From assembly GCA_964202905.1 (NCBI GenBank), contig CAXNJO010000007.1:96001-160000 (forward strand): DNA of 64,000 bases, read 5' to 3'. The position numbers and the translations under genes were made by a program. Below the pieces are notes generated by a model that was not told the origin of the DNA, did no database searches, and saw nothing but the letters and a program-made list of their open reading frames with translations. Source of the stretch: Polyangiales bacterium (GTDB lineage: Bacteria > Myxococcota_A > Polyangia > Polyangiales > JADJQN01). Positions 24,754-33,750 of the stretch are shown piece after piece (the stretch's first letter is position 1; the number at the start of each line of letters is the position of its first letter).

Positions 24754-26805
24754 GTGAACGCCGCCACCGCGCCCAACCCCTTCCTCGACGTCCAACTCCC
24801 GATCCGCTGGGGCGCGCTCACGCCCGACCACATCGAGCCCGCGGTCGAAGTGCTGCTCGCGGACGCGCGCGCGGGCCTCGCGCGCATCGGTGCCGGGGGC
24901 GGCGTCGGCCGCTACGAGGAGGTGCTCGGCGCGCTCGACGAGGCGACCGCGCGGCTCGAGGTCGTGATGTCGCTCGTCTCGCACCTCGAGGCGACGTGCA
25001 CCGGGCCCGCGATTCGCGCGGCGTACGACGCGGTGCGCCCCGCCGTGAGCGACTTCTACGCGGGGATTCCGCTCGATCCGGCCCTCTGGGCGGCGCTCAA
25101 GCGCTGGGCGGCGACGCCGGAGGCCGCGTCGCTCACCGGTGCGCAGCGGCGCTTCCTCGACAAGACGCTCGACGAGTTCCGGCGCAGCGGCGCCGATCTC
25201 GACGCGGCGGGCAAGGATCGTCTGCGCGCGCTCAGCGTCGAGCTCGCGGACGTCACGTCGAAGTTCTCGCAGCACGTCGTCGATGCGACGGCCGCGTTCT
25301 CCCTGCGGATCGACGACCCCGCGCGGATCGTCGGGCTCCCCGGCCGCGCGCGCGACGCGGCCCGCGCGGCCGCCGAGGCGCGCGGCGAGGAGGGTTGGCG
25401 CTTCGGCCTCGACGCCCCGAGCTACCTCGCGGTGCTCACGCACGCCGAGGATCGCACGCTCCGCGAGGCGCTCTGGCGGGCGTTCGCGACGCGGGCGACG
25501 CGCGGCGAGCACGACAACCGCAGCCTCGTCGCGCGCATCGTCGCGCTCCGCCACGAGCAGGCGCAGCTGCTCGGCTTCCGCGACTTCGCCGATTACGTGC
25601 TCGCCGACCGGATGGCGAAGGACGGCGCGACGGCCGACGCCTTCGTCGCGCGGCTCGAGGCGCGGACGCGGCCGGCCTTCGAGCGTGAGACGCGCGAGTT
25701 GTTCGAGTTCCGCCGCAGCCTCGAGGGGCCCGACGCGGCGCCGCTCGCGCCCTGGGACATCGCCTTCTACGCCGAGCGGCAGCGCCGCGCGCGCTACGAC
25801 TTCGACGAGGAGGCGCTGCGCCCGTATCTCCCTGCGGATCAGGCGATCGAGGGCGTCTTCGAGGTCGCGCGGCGCCTCTACGGGGTGCGCGTGATCTCGC
25901 TGCCGGACGCGCCCGTCTGGCACGCGTCGGTGCACGCCTTCGCGATGCACGACGAGACGGACGCGCCGCTCGGCGTCTTCTATCTCGACCTCTTCCCGCG
26001 CGCGACGAAGCGGGACGGCGCGTGGATGGGGCCCTTCGTCACGGGGCTGCCCGGCGCGCAGCACGCCGCCACGATCTGCGCGAACCTCACGCCGCCGACG
26101 GCCGTTGGGCCCTCGTTGCTCACGCACCGCGAGCTCGAGACGCTCTTCCACGAGTTCGGGCACCTGCTCCACCACCTGCTCTCCGGTGTCGAGGTCCGCT
26201 CGCTCGCCGGCACGCGCGTCGCATGGGATTTCGTCGAACTCCCCTCGCAGATCATGGAGAACTGGTGCTGGGAGCGCGGCGGACTCGACCTCGTCGCGCG
26301 GCACGTCGAGACGGGCGCGCGCGTGCCGGACGACCTCTTCGAGAAGCTGCTCCGCGCGAAGAACTTCCGCGCCGCGACCGATCAGATGCGCCAGCTCGGC
26401 TTCGGCGCCGTCGACCTCGCGCTGCACCGCCGCTACGACCCGGCGCGCGACGGGGACGTCGTCGCCTTCGCGCGGGACATCCTCGCGCGGCACAGCGTCA
26501 CGGCGCTCCCCGACGACTACGCGATGATCGCGAGCTTCGGGCACCTCTTCGGCAGCCCGGTCGGCTATGCGGCCGCGTACTACTCGTACAAGTGGGCCGA
26601 GGTGCTCGACGCCGACGCCTTCACGCGCTTCCGCGCCGAGGGCATCTTCAGCCGCGAGGTCGGCACCTCGTTCCGCACGGAGGTCCTCTCGCGCGGTGAC
26701 GGCGAGGACCCGCTCGTGCTCTACCGTCGCTTCATGGGGCGCGACCCGGACCCGGACGCGATGCTCGTGCGCGCGGGCCTGCTCGAGGCCGCGCCCGCGG
26801 GCTGA
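24754..26805 (+). CDS. prlC: M3 family oligopeptidase A
   Basis: NPFL N-terminus, FHEFGH, WDFVELPSQIMENW, YYSYKWAEVLDAD. Confidence 0.9.
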   Translation: MNAATAPNPFLDVQLPIRWGALTPDHIEPAVEVLLADARAGLARIGAGGGVGRYEEVLGALDEATARLEVVMSLVSHLEATCTGPAIRAAYDAVRPAVSDFYAGIPLDPALWAALKRWAATPEAASLTGAQRRFLDKTLDEFRRSGADLDAAGKDRLRALSVELADVTSKFSQHVVDATAAFSLRIDDPARIVGLPGRARDAARAAAEARGEEGWRFGLDAPSYLAVLTHAEDRTLREALWRAFATRATRGEHDNRSLVARIVALRHEQAQLLGFRDFADYVLADRMAKDGATADAFVARLEARTRPAFERETRELFEFRRSLEGPDAAPLAPWDIAFYAERQRRARYDFDEEALRPYLPADQAIEGVFEVARRLYGVRVISLPDAPVWHASVHAFAMHDETDAPLGVFYLDLFPRATKRDGAWMGPFVTGLPGAQHAATICANLTPPTAVGPSLLTHRELETLFHEFGHLLHHLLSGVEVRSLAGTRVAWDFVELPSQIMENWCWERGGLDLVARHVETGARVPDDLFEKLLRAKNFRAATDQMRQLGFGAVDLALHRRYDPARDGDVVAFARDILARHSVTALPDDYAMIASFGHLFGSPVGYAAAYYSYKWAEVLDADAFTRFRAEGIFSREVGTSFRTEVLSRGDGEDPLVLYRRFMGRDPDPDAMLVRAGLLEAAPAG

Positions 26806-26848
26806 GGGCGCCGTTGCAGTCCCCGGTGGCCCACGGCAAGCTCGCCCG

Positions 26849-27196
26849 ATGATTCGACTCGGCGCCGACTGGCAGCGGCTCATGGACAGCTACGAGCAGG
26901 CCCACCGCGATCCGCGCAATCAGGCGTGTCATGCGGTCGGCATCCCGATGATCGCCGCGAGCCTGCCCATCGCCGCGACGATCGTCGGCCTGCCGCTCGG
27001 CGCGTCGATGTTCACCGTGGGGTGGGGCTTCCAGTTCCTCGGCCACTGGTTCGAGGGCACGGACCCGGAGTTCCTCTCCGACAAGCGCAGCCTCGCCATC
27101 GGGTTGATCTGGTGGCTGAAGAAGCGCGGGATCGAGGTCGTCGAGTTCGAGGACGCGCCGGGGAACGACGCGCGCGCCGACGTCGCGGCGCACTGA
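26849..27196 (+). CDS. DUF962/Mpo1-like membrane protein
   Basis: Y...H....N...HAVGIP, GWGFQFLGHWFEG..P.F. Confidence 0.85.
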   Translation: MIRLGADWQRLMDSYEQAHRDPRNQACHAVGIPMIAASLPIAATIVGLPLGASMFTVGWGFQFLGHWFEGTDPEFLSDKRSLAIGLIWWLKKRGIEVVEFEDAPGNDARADVAAH

Positions 27197-27209
27197 GGCC
27201 GAACGGGCG

Positions 27210-27929
27210 ATGGGTACGCTCGTCCTCGTGCGCCACGGGCAGGCGTCGTCGCTCACGGTCGGCGACTACGACCAGCTGTCGCCGCTCGGCACGCAGCAGG
27301 CGCAGTTGCTCGGCGCGCACTGGGCCGCGCGGTCGCGCGGCTTCGATCACGTCTACGTCGGGCCGCGACGCCGGCACGCGCAGACGCACGCGGAGGTCGC
27401 CGCGGCCTACGCGTCGCGCGGCGTGCCGTGGCCTGCGCCGCAGCCCCTCGACGCGCTCGACGAGCACCACGGGATGGTCGTCGTGCGCGAGGCCGTGCCC
27501 GCGCTCGCGGCGCGCGACGCCGAGCTCGCGGGCTGGGTCGAGTCGCTCGCGCGCGGCGAGGCGGGGGACGCCGTGCTGCTGCGGATCTTCCGCCGCGCGA
27601 TGCGCGCCTGGGCGGGCGGCGAGGTGCCCGAGCGCGACGATGGCCCCGAGTCGTTCCGCGCCTTCCGTGCGCGCGTGCGCGGCGGCGTGCGCGCGATGCT
27701 CGCGGGGGCGCAGCAGGGGCAGCGCATCGCGGCGTTCACCTCGGGCGGCACCGCCGCGGCGGCCGTCTGCGACGCGCTCGACATCGACGACGCCCGCGCG
27801 ATGGACCTGAGCTTCGCGATCCGCAACGCCTCGTACTGCGAGCTCCGCTACACGGGCGAGCGCGCCTCGCTCAGCGTGTTCAACGCGACCCCGCACCTCG
27901 ACGACGAGGCGCTGCTCACGATGGTGTAG
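27210..27929 (+). CDS. Histidine phosphatase family protein
   Basis: LVRHGQAS, YDQLSPLG..QA, FTSGG, FNATPHL. Confidence 0.9.
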   Translation: MGTLVLVRHGQASSLTVGDYDQLSPLGTQQAQLLGAHWAARSRGFDHVYVGPRRRHAQTHAEVAAAYASRGVPWPAPQPLDALDEHHGMVVVREAVPALAARDAELAGWVESLARGEAGDAVLLRIFRRAMRAWAGGEVPERDDGPESFRAFRARVRGGVRAMLAGAQQGQRIAAFTSGGTAAAAVCDALDIDDARAMDLSFAIRNASYCELRYTGERASLSVFNATPHLDDEALLTMV

Positions 27930-28058
27930 CCGCCCGCGCCGTCGATCGCGTCGCCGAGCGCGTGCGCGATCACGCCGTCGACCGCGTCGCCGCTCAGGGG
28001 CACGCGGGCCTCGTGGTCGCGCACCGCGTACCGCGTACCGCGCGCGACACCGCGGCGA

Positions 28059-29105
28059 TCAGCCCGCGGCCTCGAGGAACGCGTCGAGCACCGGCGCGAG
28101 CGAGCGCAAACCTTCGATCACCGCGCCCTCTGCGCCGTACGCGGCGTTGATCGCGGCGACGAGGCGCTCCGGCGTCGGCGGCCCGCCCACGATCGCGTCG
28201 CGGAGCCGCGCGGCCCCGTCATCGTCGGCGAAGAAGTCGCCCGCGAGCCGCGCGTCCGCGACGAGGCCCCCCGTGACGCGCAGCCCGGCTGCGACGAAGC
28301 CGATCGGCACCTCCCGCGGCCCGCTCCAACGCAGGGCGTCGTCGTCGTCGGGCCGAGCCGCGTCGCGCGCCGCGAGGTCCGCGAGCGACGCGACGTCGGG
28401 AGGGGCGGTGGGCGCGGCGTCGAGGCCGTACGTCGCGACCCAGCCGCGCGCGAGCACGCAGGCGACGAGGGCGTCGGCGTCCGGCGCAGCGTCGCCGGGG
28501 CGCCTCGCGGCGAACGCCTCGGCGAACGTGAGGGGGGCCTTCGGTGTCATGGCCGCGTCGGTGCGCGGCGGGTAGGCGATGCAGGTGGGGTCCGGCACGT
28601 GGTGCGCCGTCGCGCCGACGAAGAACTCGAGCAGCACGTGACCGCGCGCGTCGCGGGACCAGCCGCAGCCGATGGCCGGGCGCCGATCGAGGCTGAGGAA
28701 CTCGCGCCCGAAGTAGTGCACGGGCAGGCCCGCCGCGCCGAGCCCCGCGAGCGCGCCGCGCACGTTGCGGTTGAGCACGCGGTCGCGCGGGCAGTCGAGC
28801 AGCGTCGACGCCGTGCGCAGGCCGAGCGCGAGGTACGCGACGCCCTCGCCGGCGCGGTAGGTCGGGCCGCCCGTCGCGCGCCGCACCGCGTGCGTGCCGC
28901 GCGCGCGGAGTCGCGCGAGATCGAGCGCGTGCGCGCTGCGCTGGTGCGCGCCGAGCGTGACGGAGTCGCCCGTGAGCGCGGCGCCGTAGAGCGCGACCGC
29001 GGGCGCATCGGGCCACGCGACGCGCGCGGCGAGGGCGGCCCCCTCGGCGAGCGCCTGCGCGGCGGGGCGGGGGCCTGCGTGGCAGACGGAGGCGCGGGCG
29101 GTCAC
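28059..29105 (-). CDS. Lipoate-protein ligase A-like protein (degenerate)
   Basis: LGAHQ, VRRATGGP motif; C-terminal LplA-like domain (RLAGDFF). Confidence 0.65.
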   Translation of the reverse strand: MTARASVCHAGPRPAAQALAEGAALAARVAWPDAPAVALYGAALTGDSVTLGAHQRSAHALDLARLRARGTHAVRRATGGPTYRAGEGVAYLALGLRTASTLLDCPRDRVLNRNVRGALAGLGAAGLPVHYFGREFLSLDRRPAIGCGWSRDARGHVLLEFFVGATAHHVPDPTCIAYPPRTDAAMTPKAPLTFAEAFAARRPGDAAPDADALVACVLARGWVATYGLDAAPTAPPDVASLADLAARDAARPDDDDALRWSGPREVPIGFVAAGLRVTGGLVADARLAGDFFADDDGAARLRDAIVGGPPTPERLVAAINAAYGAEGAVIEGLRSLAPVLDAFLEAAG

Positions 29106-29281
29106 GGCGTCCGCGTTGTAGGTCGTCGCGCGCGTCGGCGGTAGCCCACCGGCGTCCGCCTGCGCGGCCCCGTCCGTGGCACGGCGCGGCGTCGCCCACG
29201 TCGCGCGCGTTCCCAGGACGGCGGCGCCGATCGTGCGCGGGCGCTTTCCGCGCGGGTCCCGGGGCCCCACGATGGGACGCC

Positions 29282-29545
29282 ATGTCCTACCGCGAAGAGC
29301 GCAGCTATCGGGTCGAGATCGTGCTGTCGGCCGAGTTCGCCGAGGACTACGAGGGCGAGGAGGACGGCTACGCCTGGCACGAGCGGTTCGAGCGGGTCGT
29401 GCGCCCGCGCGTCGTGCGCGCGGTGCTCGAGGCGCTCGCGAGCGATCCCGGCTGGCGCGTGGTGCCCGCGACCCGCGGCGTCAGCGCGAGCGACGCGCTC
29501 GAGGTCCGCGTCGAGCGCATCACCGCGACGGGTGAGCCGCGCTGA
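29282..29545 (+). CDS. Small conserved hypothetical protein (87 aa)
   Basis: Good codon usage; motif AEFAEDYEGEEDGYAW. Confidence 0.7.
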   Translation: MSYREERSYRVEIVLSAEFAEDYEGEEDGYAWHERFERVVRPRVVRAVLEALASDPGWRVVPATRGVSASDALEVRVERITATGEPR

Positions 29546-29648
29546 GCCGCTCCGCTCCGCACCGCGTCGCACGGCGCGCGCGCCGCGCGGGAATCTGCGG
29601 TGCGCCCCTCGACGCCGGCCGCTCCATGCACCTACAACCCTGCCGCGC

Positions 29649-30788
29649 ATGCTCAGCATCGACGATCCCACCCGCCCGCTTGCGCGCGACCTGCTCTCCC
29701 GGCCCGGCGGATTCGCGTGGTGGTACGCCGATCTGCGCGACGACGCCGGCTCGGGCCTCGTGCTCATCTGGTCGTTCGGGCTCCCGTTCCTCCCGGGCTA
29801 CGCGGCGGCCGAGCGTGCCGGCAACCCCCAGCTGCCCTCCGCGCGCCCGAGCCTCAACCTCGCGGTCTACGATCGCGGCGCGCTTAGCTTCTACCAGCTC
29901 ACCGAGTTCTCGCCGGACCAGGTCCGCTGGGACGACGCCGCGTCGCGCTGGACGTTCGGCCGCACCGAGATTGCCACCGTCGACCAGCCCGACGGGCGCC
30001 GCGCGCTCCGCGTGACCCTGGACTGCGACGTGCCCGCCTCGCGCGAGCGCCTCACGGGGACGATCGAGGTCGTCGGCACCGCGGCGCGCGGCTTCCGCTC
30101 CCTCGTCGCGCCCGTGCCCGAGGGCGGCGCGCCCCATGTGTGGACGCCGATCATCGCGCCCGCGCGCGGCACGGCCCGGCTCGAAGTGGGCGGCCGCCTG
30201 CTGCTCGCCATGAGCGGCCGCGCCTACCACGACCGCAACGGCGGTGCGGTGGCGCTGCACCGCCTCGGGATGCGGCACTGGCTGTGGGGCCGCGTCGCGC
30301 TCGAGGGCGAGGAGCGCATCTACTTCGTGTGTTTCCCGCGGGATCGCGAGAAGGCGCCGCTCGTCGTCGCGCTCGCGCTGCGCGAGGACGGCACGCACGA
30401 GGAGCTCGTCGGCGCTACGGCCACGCGCGGCGGCATGCGGCTCGCGCGCTTCGGCATGCACTGGTGGACGCGCCTCACGATCACGCGCAGCGCCGGCGCG
30501 CGCTGGCTCGAGGTCGAGAGCGAGGCGCCCGTGGACGACGGGCCCTTCTACCTGCGGACACCGCTCGTCGCGACCACGGCCGACGGCGCGCGCGGGCGGG
30601 GCTTCGGCGAGCTCTGCCGCCCGGACCGCGTCGATCGCGCGCTCGAGCGCCCCTTCGTGCGGATGCGCGTGCACCGCGCGCGCGGCGAGAACTCGCTCTT
30701 CCTGCCCCTCTTCACCGGGCGCCGCGAAGATCGCGTCGCGCGTCTCTTCACGCACCTCCGGGACGCCGCTCCGCGGCTCGCGGGATGA
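29649..30788 (+). CDS. crtC: Carotenoid 1,2-hydratase-like (CrtC/AttH-type) protein
   Basis: GGFAWWYAD, AYHDRNGG, WLWGR, DGPFY motifs; coupled to a carotenoid desaturase. Confidence 0.7.
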   Translation: MLSIDDPTRPLARDLLSRPGGFAWWYADLRDDAGSGLVLIWSFGLPFLPGYAAAERAGNPQLPSARPSLNLAVYDRGALSFYQLTEFSPDQVRWDDAASRWTFGRTEIATVDQPDGRRALRVTLDCDVPASRERLTGTIEVVGTAARGFRSLVAPVPEGGAPHVWTPIIAPARGTARLEVGGRLLLAMSGRAYHDRNGGAVALHRLGMRHWLWGRVALEGEERIYFVCFPRDREKAPLVVALALREDGTHEELVGATATRGGMRLARFGMHWWTRLTITRSAGARWLEVESEAPVDDGPFYLRTPLVATTADGARGRGFGELCRPDRVDRALERPFVRMRVHRARGENSLFLPLFTGRREDRVARLFTHLRDAAPRLAG

Positions 30789-32320
30789 GCGCCGTGGCGC
30801 CGGAAGCGCTCGTGGTCGGTGCCGGGCTCGGCGGGCTCTCGGCTGCCGTGTGCCTCGCGGCGCGCGGCGTGCGTGTGCACGTGCTCGAGGCCGGCGAGCG
30901 GCTCGGCGGCAAGGCTGGCGTCGAGGTCGTCGACGGCGTCGAGTTCGACACGGGCCCGAGCGTGCTCACGATGCCCGAGGCCCTCGACGAGGTCTTCCGG
31001 CGCGCCGGCACGTCGCTGCGCGCGGAGCTGACGCTGCGCGAGGAGCGCCCCGCGTTTCGCTACCTCTACCCCGACGGCAAGACAGTCGACGTCTTCACGC
31101 GCCCCGAGGAGACGCTCGCCTCGGTCGAGAAGGCGCTCGGCGCGAACGCGCGCCGCGAGCTCGCGGCCTTCCTCGACTACGCGCGCGTCATCTGGGACTC
31201 GGCGGCGCCGCACTTCGTCTTCGGCGAGGCGCCCAGCGTCGGCGGCATGCTGCGCCTCGGCCCCGCGGCGCTCGCGCGCGTGACGAAGGTCGATGCGCTC
31301 CGCTCGATGGTGTCCGCGGTCGAGTCCCGCGTGCGCGATCCGCACCTGCGCCCGCTGCTCCTGCGCTACGCGACCTACAACGGCTCCGACCCGCGCCGCG
31401 CGCCGGCGACGATGAACTGCATTGCGCACGTCGAGCTCTCGCTCGGCGGCTTCGGCGTCGAGGGCGGCATCTACGCGCTCGTGCGCGCGCTCGCGCGGGT
31501 CGCCGAGCGCCTCGGCGTGACCTTTGAGACGAACGCGCGCGTCACCGGCATCCGCGCGCCGCGCGGCCGCATCGAGGGCGTCACGCTGGCCGACGGCCGC
31601 ACCCTCGGCGCGAGCGTCGTCGTCGCGAACGCCGACGCGGCGCACGTCGCCGAACACCTCGTCGCGCCCGGCCAGCGCCAGGCCATCAAGCACGCCGGCG
31701 AGCCGTCGATGTCCGCGTGGACGGGCGTGCTCCGCGCGCGTCGACGCACGGGCGAGGCGGCTCGCGCGCCGCACACCGTGCTCTTCCCGCGGGACTACCT
31801 CGGCGAGTTCGTCGACATCTTCGACCAGGACCGCCCGCCCGGCGAGCCGACCGTCTACCTCTGCGCGCAGGAGCCCTGCCACGGCCGCCGCGGCTGGGCG
31901 GACGACGAGCCTGTCTTCGTGATGGCGAACGCGCCGCCCGAGCCCGCGCAGGGCAAGCGCGATCCGGAGATCGCGGTGCGTCTGCGGGAGCGGGTCCTCG
32001 CGCGGCTCGTCGCGGCGAAGCTCATCGACGCGGACGATCGGCTCGTCTGGGAGCGCACGCCCGCGGATCTCGCGGCGCGTTTCCCAGGGACGCGCGGCGC
32101 GATCTACGGCACCTCGTCGAACGGCATGCTCGCGGCCTTCCAGCGCCCGCCGAACCGCGTCGCCGCCGTGCCCGGCCTCTACCTCGCGTCCGGCAGCGCG
32201 CACCCGGGCGGCGGCATGCCGCTCTGCGTGCTCTCCGGGCGGCGCGCCGCGGATCAGGCGCTCGAGGACGGTCTCGTCCGCGCGCGCAGCGCCCCGCTTC
32301 CTGCCGCGAACGGCCTGTAG
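30785..32320 (+). CDS. crtD: Phytoene desaturase family (CrtD/CrtI-like) flavoprotein
   Basis: VVGAGLGGLSAA, FDTGPSVLTMP, RYATYNGSDP, GSAHPGGGMP; ATGA overlap with crtC. crtD rather than crtI inferred from RYATY and the crtC neighbour. Confidence 0.75.
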   Translation: MSAVAPEALVVGAGLGGLSAAVCLAARGVRVHVLEAGERLGGKAGVEVVDGVEFDTGPSVLTMPEALDEVFRRAGTSLRAELTLREERPAFRYLYPDGKTVDVFTRPEETLASVEKALGANARRELAAFLDYARVIWDSAAPHFVFGEAPSVGGMLRLGPAALARVTKVDALRSMVSAVESRVRDPHLRPLLLRYATYNGSDPRRAPATMNCIAHVELSLGGFGVEGGIYALVRALARVAERLGVTFETNARVTGIRAPRGRIEGVTLADGRTLGASVVVANADAAHVAEHLVAPGQRQAIKHAGEPSMSAWTGVLRARRRTGEAARAPHTVLFPRDYLGEFVDIFDQDRPPGEPTVYLCAQEPCHGRRGWADDEPVFVMANAPPEPAQGKRDPEIAVRLRERVLARLVAAKLIDADDRLVWERTPADLAARFPGTRGAIYGTSSNGMLAAFQRPPNRVAAVPGLYLASGSAHPGGGMPLCVLSGRRAADQALEDGLVRARSAPLPAANGL

Positions 32321-32387
32321 CCAAGCGCCGCCTCGAGGCCTGCGCGGGGCCGTTCCGCGACCGTTCGGGGCGTGAGATAGTGCGCGC

Positions 32388-33573
32388 GTGAAGCCCAGCG
32401 ACCACCCCGTGCGTCTGTTCTCCGCGCTCACGCCCCTCCTCGTCCTCGTCACCGTGTTCGCCGCGCTCGCGCTGCCGGCGACGGGCCGCGCGCAGACCAC
32501 CGGCGGCAGCTTCGGCGGCGGCGACTTCTCCGACCCGCCTCCATCCGGCGGCGACTTCTCCGACCCGCCTCCATCCGGCGGCGGCTCGGGATCGTCCGGG
32601 TGGGAGGCGCCGCCGAGCGCGCCGTCGACGGGGTGGGCTCCCCCGCCTAGCGCGCCGTCGACGGGGTGGGAGGCGCCGCCTAGCGCGCCGTCGACGGGGT
32701 GGGCTCCCCCGCCGGATGGCTGCGTGGGGGGACTCGGTGGGCTCTGCTTCTGCCTCGGGGTGGTCGCGCTGCTCATCTTCCTCGCCACGCGGAAGAACGA
32801 CGGGCGCCTCGGCCGCCGCGGGCGGGGCCAGCTACGTCGGCGCGACGGGCGGGATGTTCCTCAGCCATATCACGCTCGGCATCGACTGGCGCGCGCGGCG
32901 TGACCTCCAGGAGCAGCTCGCGCGGCTCGCGGCGAGCGGCCAGACGGGCACGAAGGACGGGCGCGCGATGCTCCTCCGCGAGACGGTCCTCGCGCTGCGC
33001 CGCGCGGAGATCGCCTGGCTCTACGCGGCCTACAAAGACTCTGGCGCGCCGCTCGGGGGCCCGCAGGCGCAGGCGGCCTTCCAGTCCGCGGCGAGCGAGG
33101 CGCGCGCGCGCTTCCGGCAGGAGCTCGTGCGGAACGCGGACGGCACGCTCGTGCAGAACCCGACGCCCGAGATGCGGGCGAGCGCGAGCGAGGGGCAGGG
33201 CACCGTCGTCGTGTCGCTCGTGGTCGTCGCGCGGCGTGGCCTCACGACCGTCTCGAACCTCGGCGACGCGGGGCAGATCCGCGCGGCGCTGCAGGAGCGC
33301 GGCGCGCTCGACGCGGACACGCTCGTCGCGCTCGAGGTGGTGTGGTCCCCCGCGGCCGAGAACGACCGCATGAGCAGCGCCGAGCTCGAGCAGAACTACC
33401 CGGAGCTGCGGCTCATCGACCCCGCGAGCATCGCCGGACGCCTCTTCTGCCGCTACTGCAACGGCCCCTTCGCGCAGGAGCTGCTCAACTGCCCGCACTG
33501 CGGCGCCCCGGCCCCGAAGGTCGAGCAGGGCGAAGCGCAGGGCCCCGGGCCGGCGCGGCTCGGCGGTGGCTGA
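32388..33573 (+). CDS. DUF1517 family membrane protein with C-terminal zinc ribbon (frameshift ~32820)
   Basis: Signal peptide, GGSFGGG linker, TM helix; LLRETVLALRR, ALEVVWSP...ELEQNYPEL; CRYC/CPHCG. Confidence 0.75.
32517..32713 (+). repeat. Coding tandem repeats: 30 bp x2 (GGDFSDPPPS) and 33 bp x3.5 (GW[E/A][A/P]PPSAPST)
   Basis: Direct repeats visible in the sequence. Confidence 0.9.
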
Positions 33574-33615
33574 CGCGGCGGCTGACGCGACAGCTGGCGG
33601 ATCGGCGGGCGCAGG

Positions 33616-33747
33616 GTGAGACGGGATATGTCCCACCGTCCTGCCGTCCGCGCCTGCGTCGGGGTGGGACGGAATATGTCCCACAGTGCGCCTCTCGAGG
33701 AGGCTCGCGTTGGGACGGGATATGTCCCACCGCCCCGCCGTCCGCGC
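33616..33747. repeat. REP-like palindromic repeat cluster, 3 x ~GTGGGACGG(G/A)ATATGTCCCAC
   Basis: Copies at 33616, 33664 and 33710, between convergent genes. Confidence 0.75.
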
Positions 33748-33750
33748 GGG

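Noticed and set aside
27930..28058. Intergenic direct repeats (GCCGTCGAyCGCGTCGCCG x2; ACCGCGT x2)
   Set aside because: Short and low-complexity in GC-rich DNA; no supportable function.
29649..32320. Photosynthesis gene cluster
   Set aside because: crtC/crtD are ordinary myxobacterial carotenoid genes; no bch, puf or puh genes in the window.
33616..33730. Mini CRISPR array
   Set aside because: Only 3 degenerate 21-nt repeats with 25-27-nt spacers; the sequence after copy 3 resembles spacer 1; no leader or cas genes.
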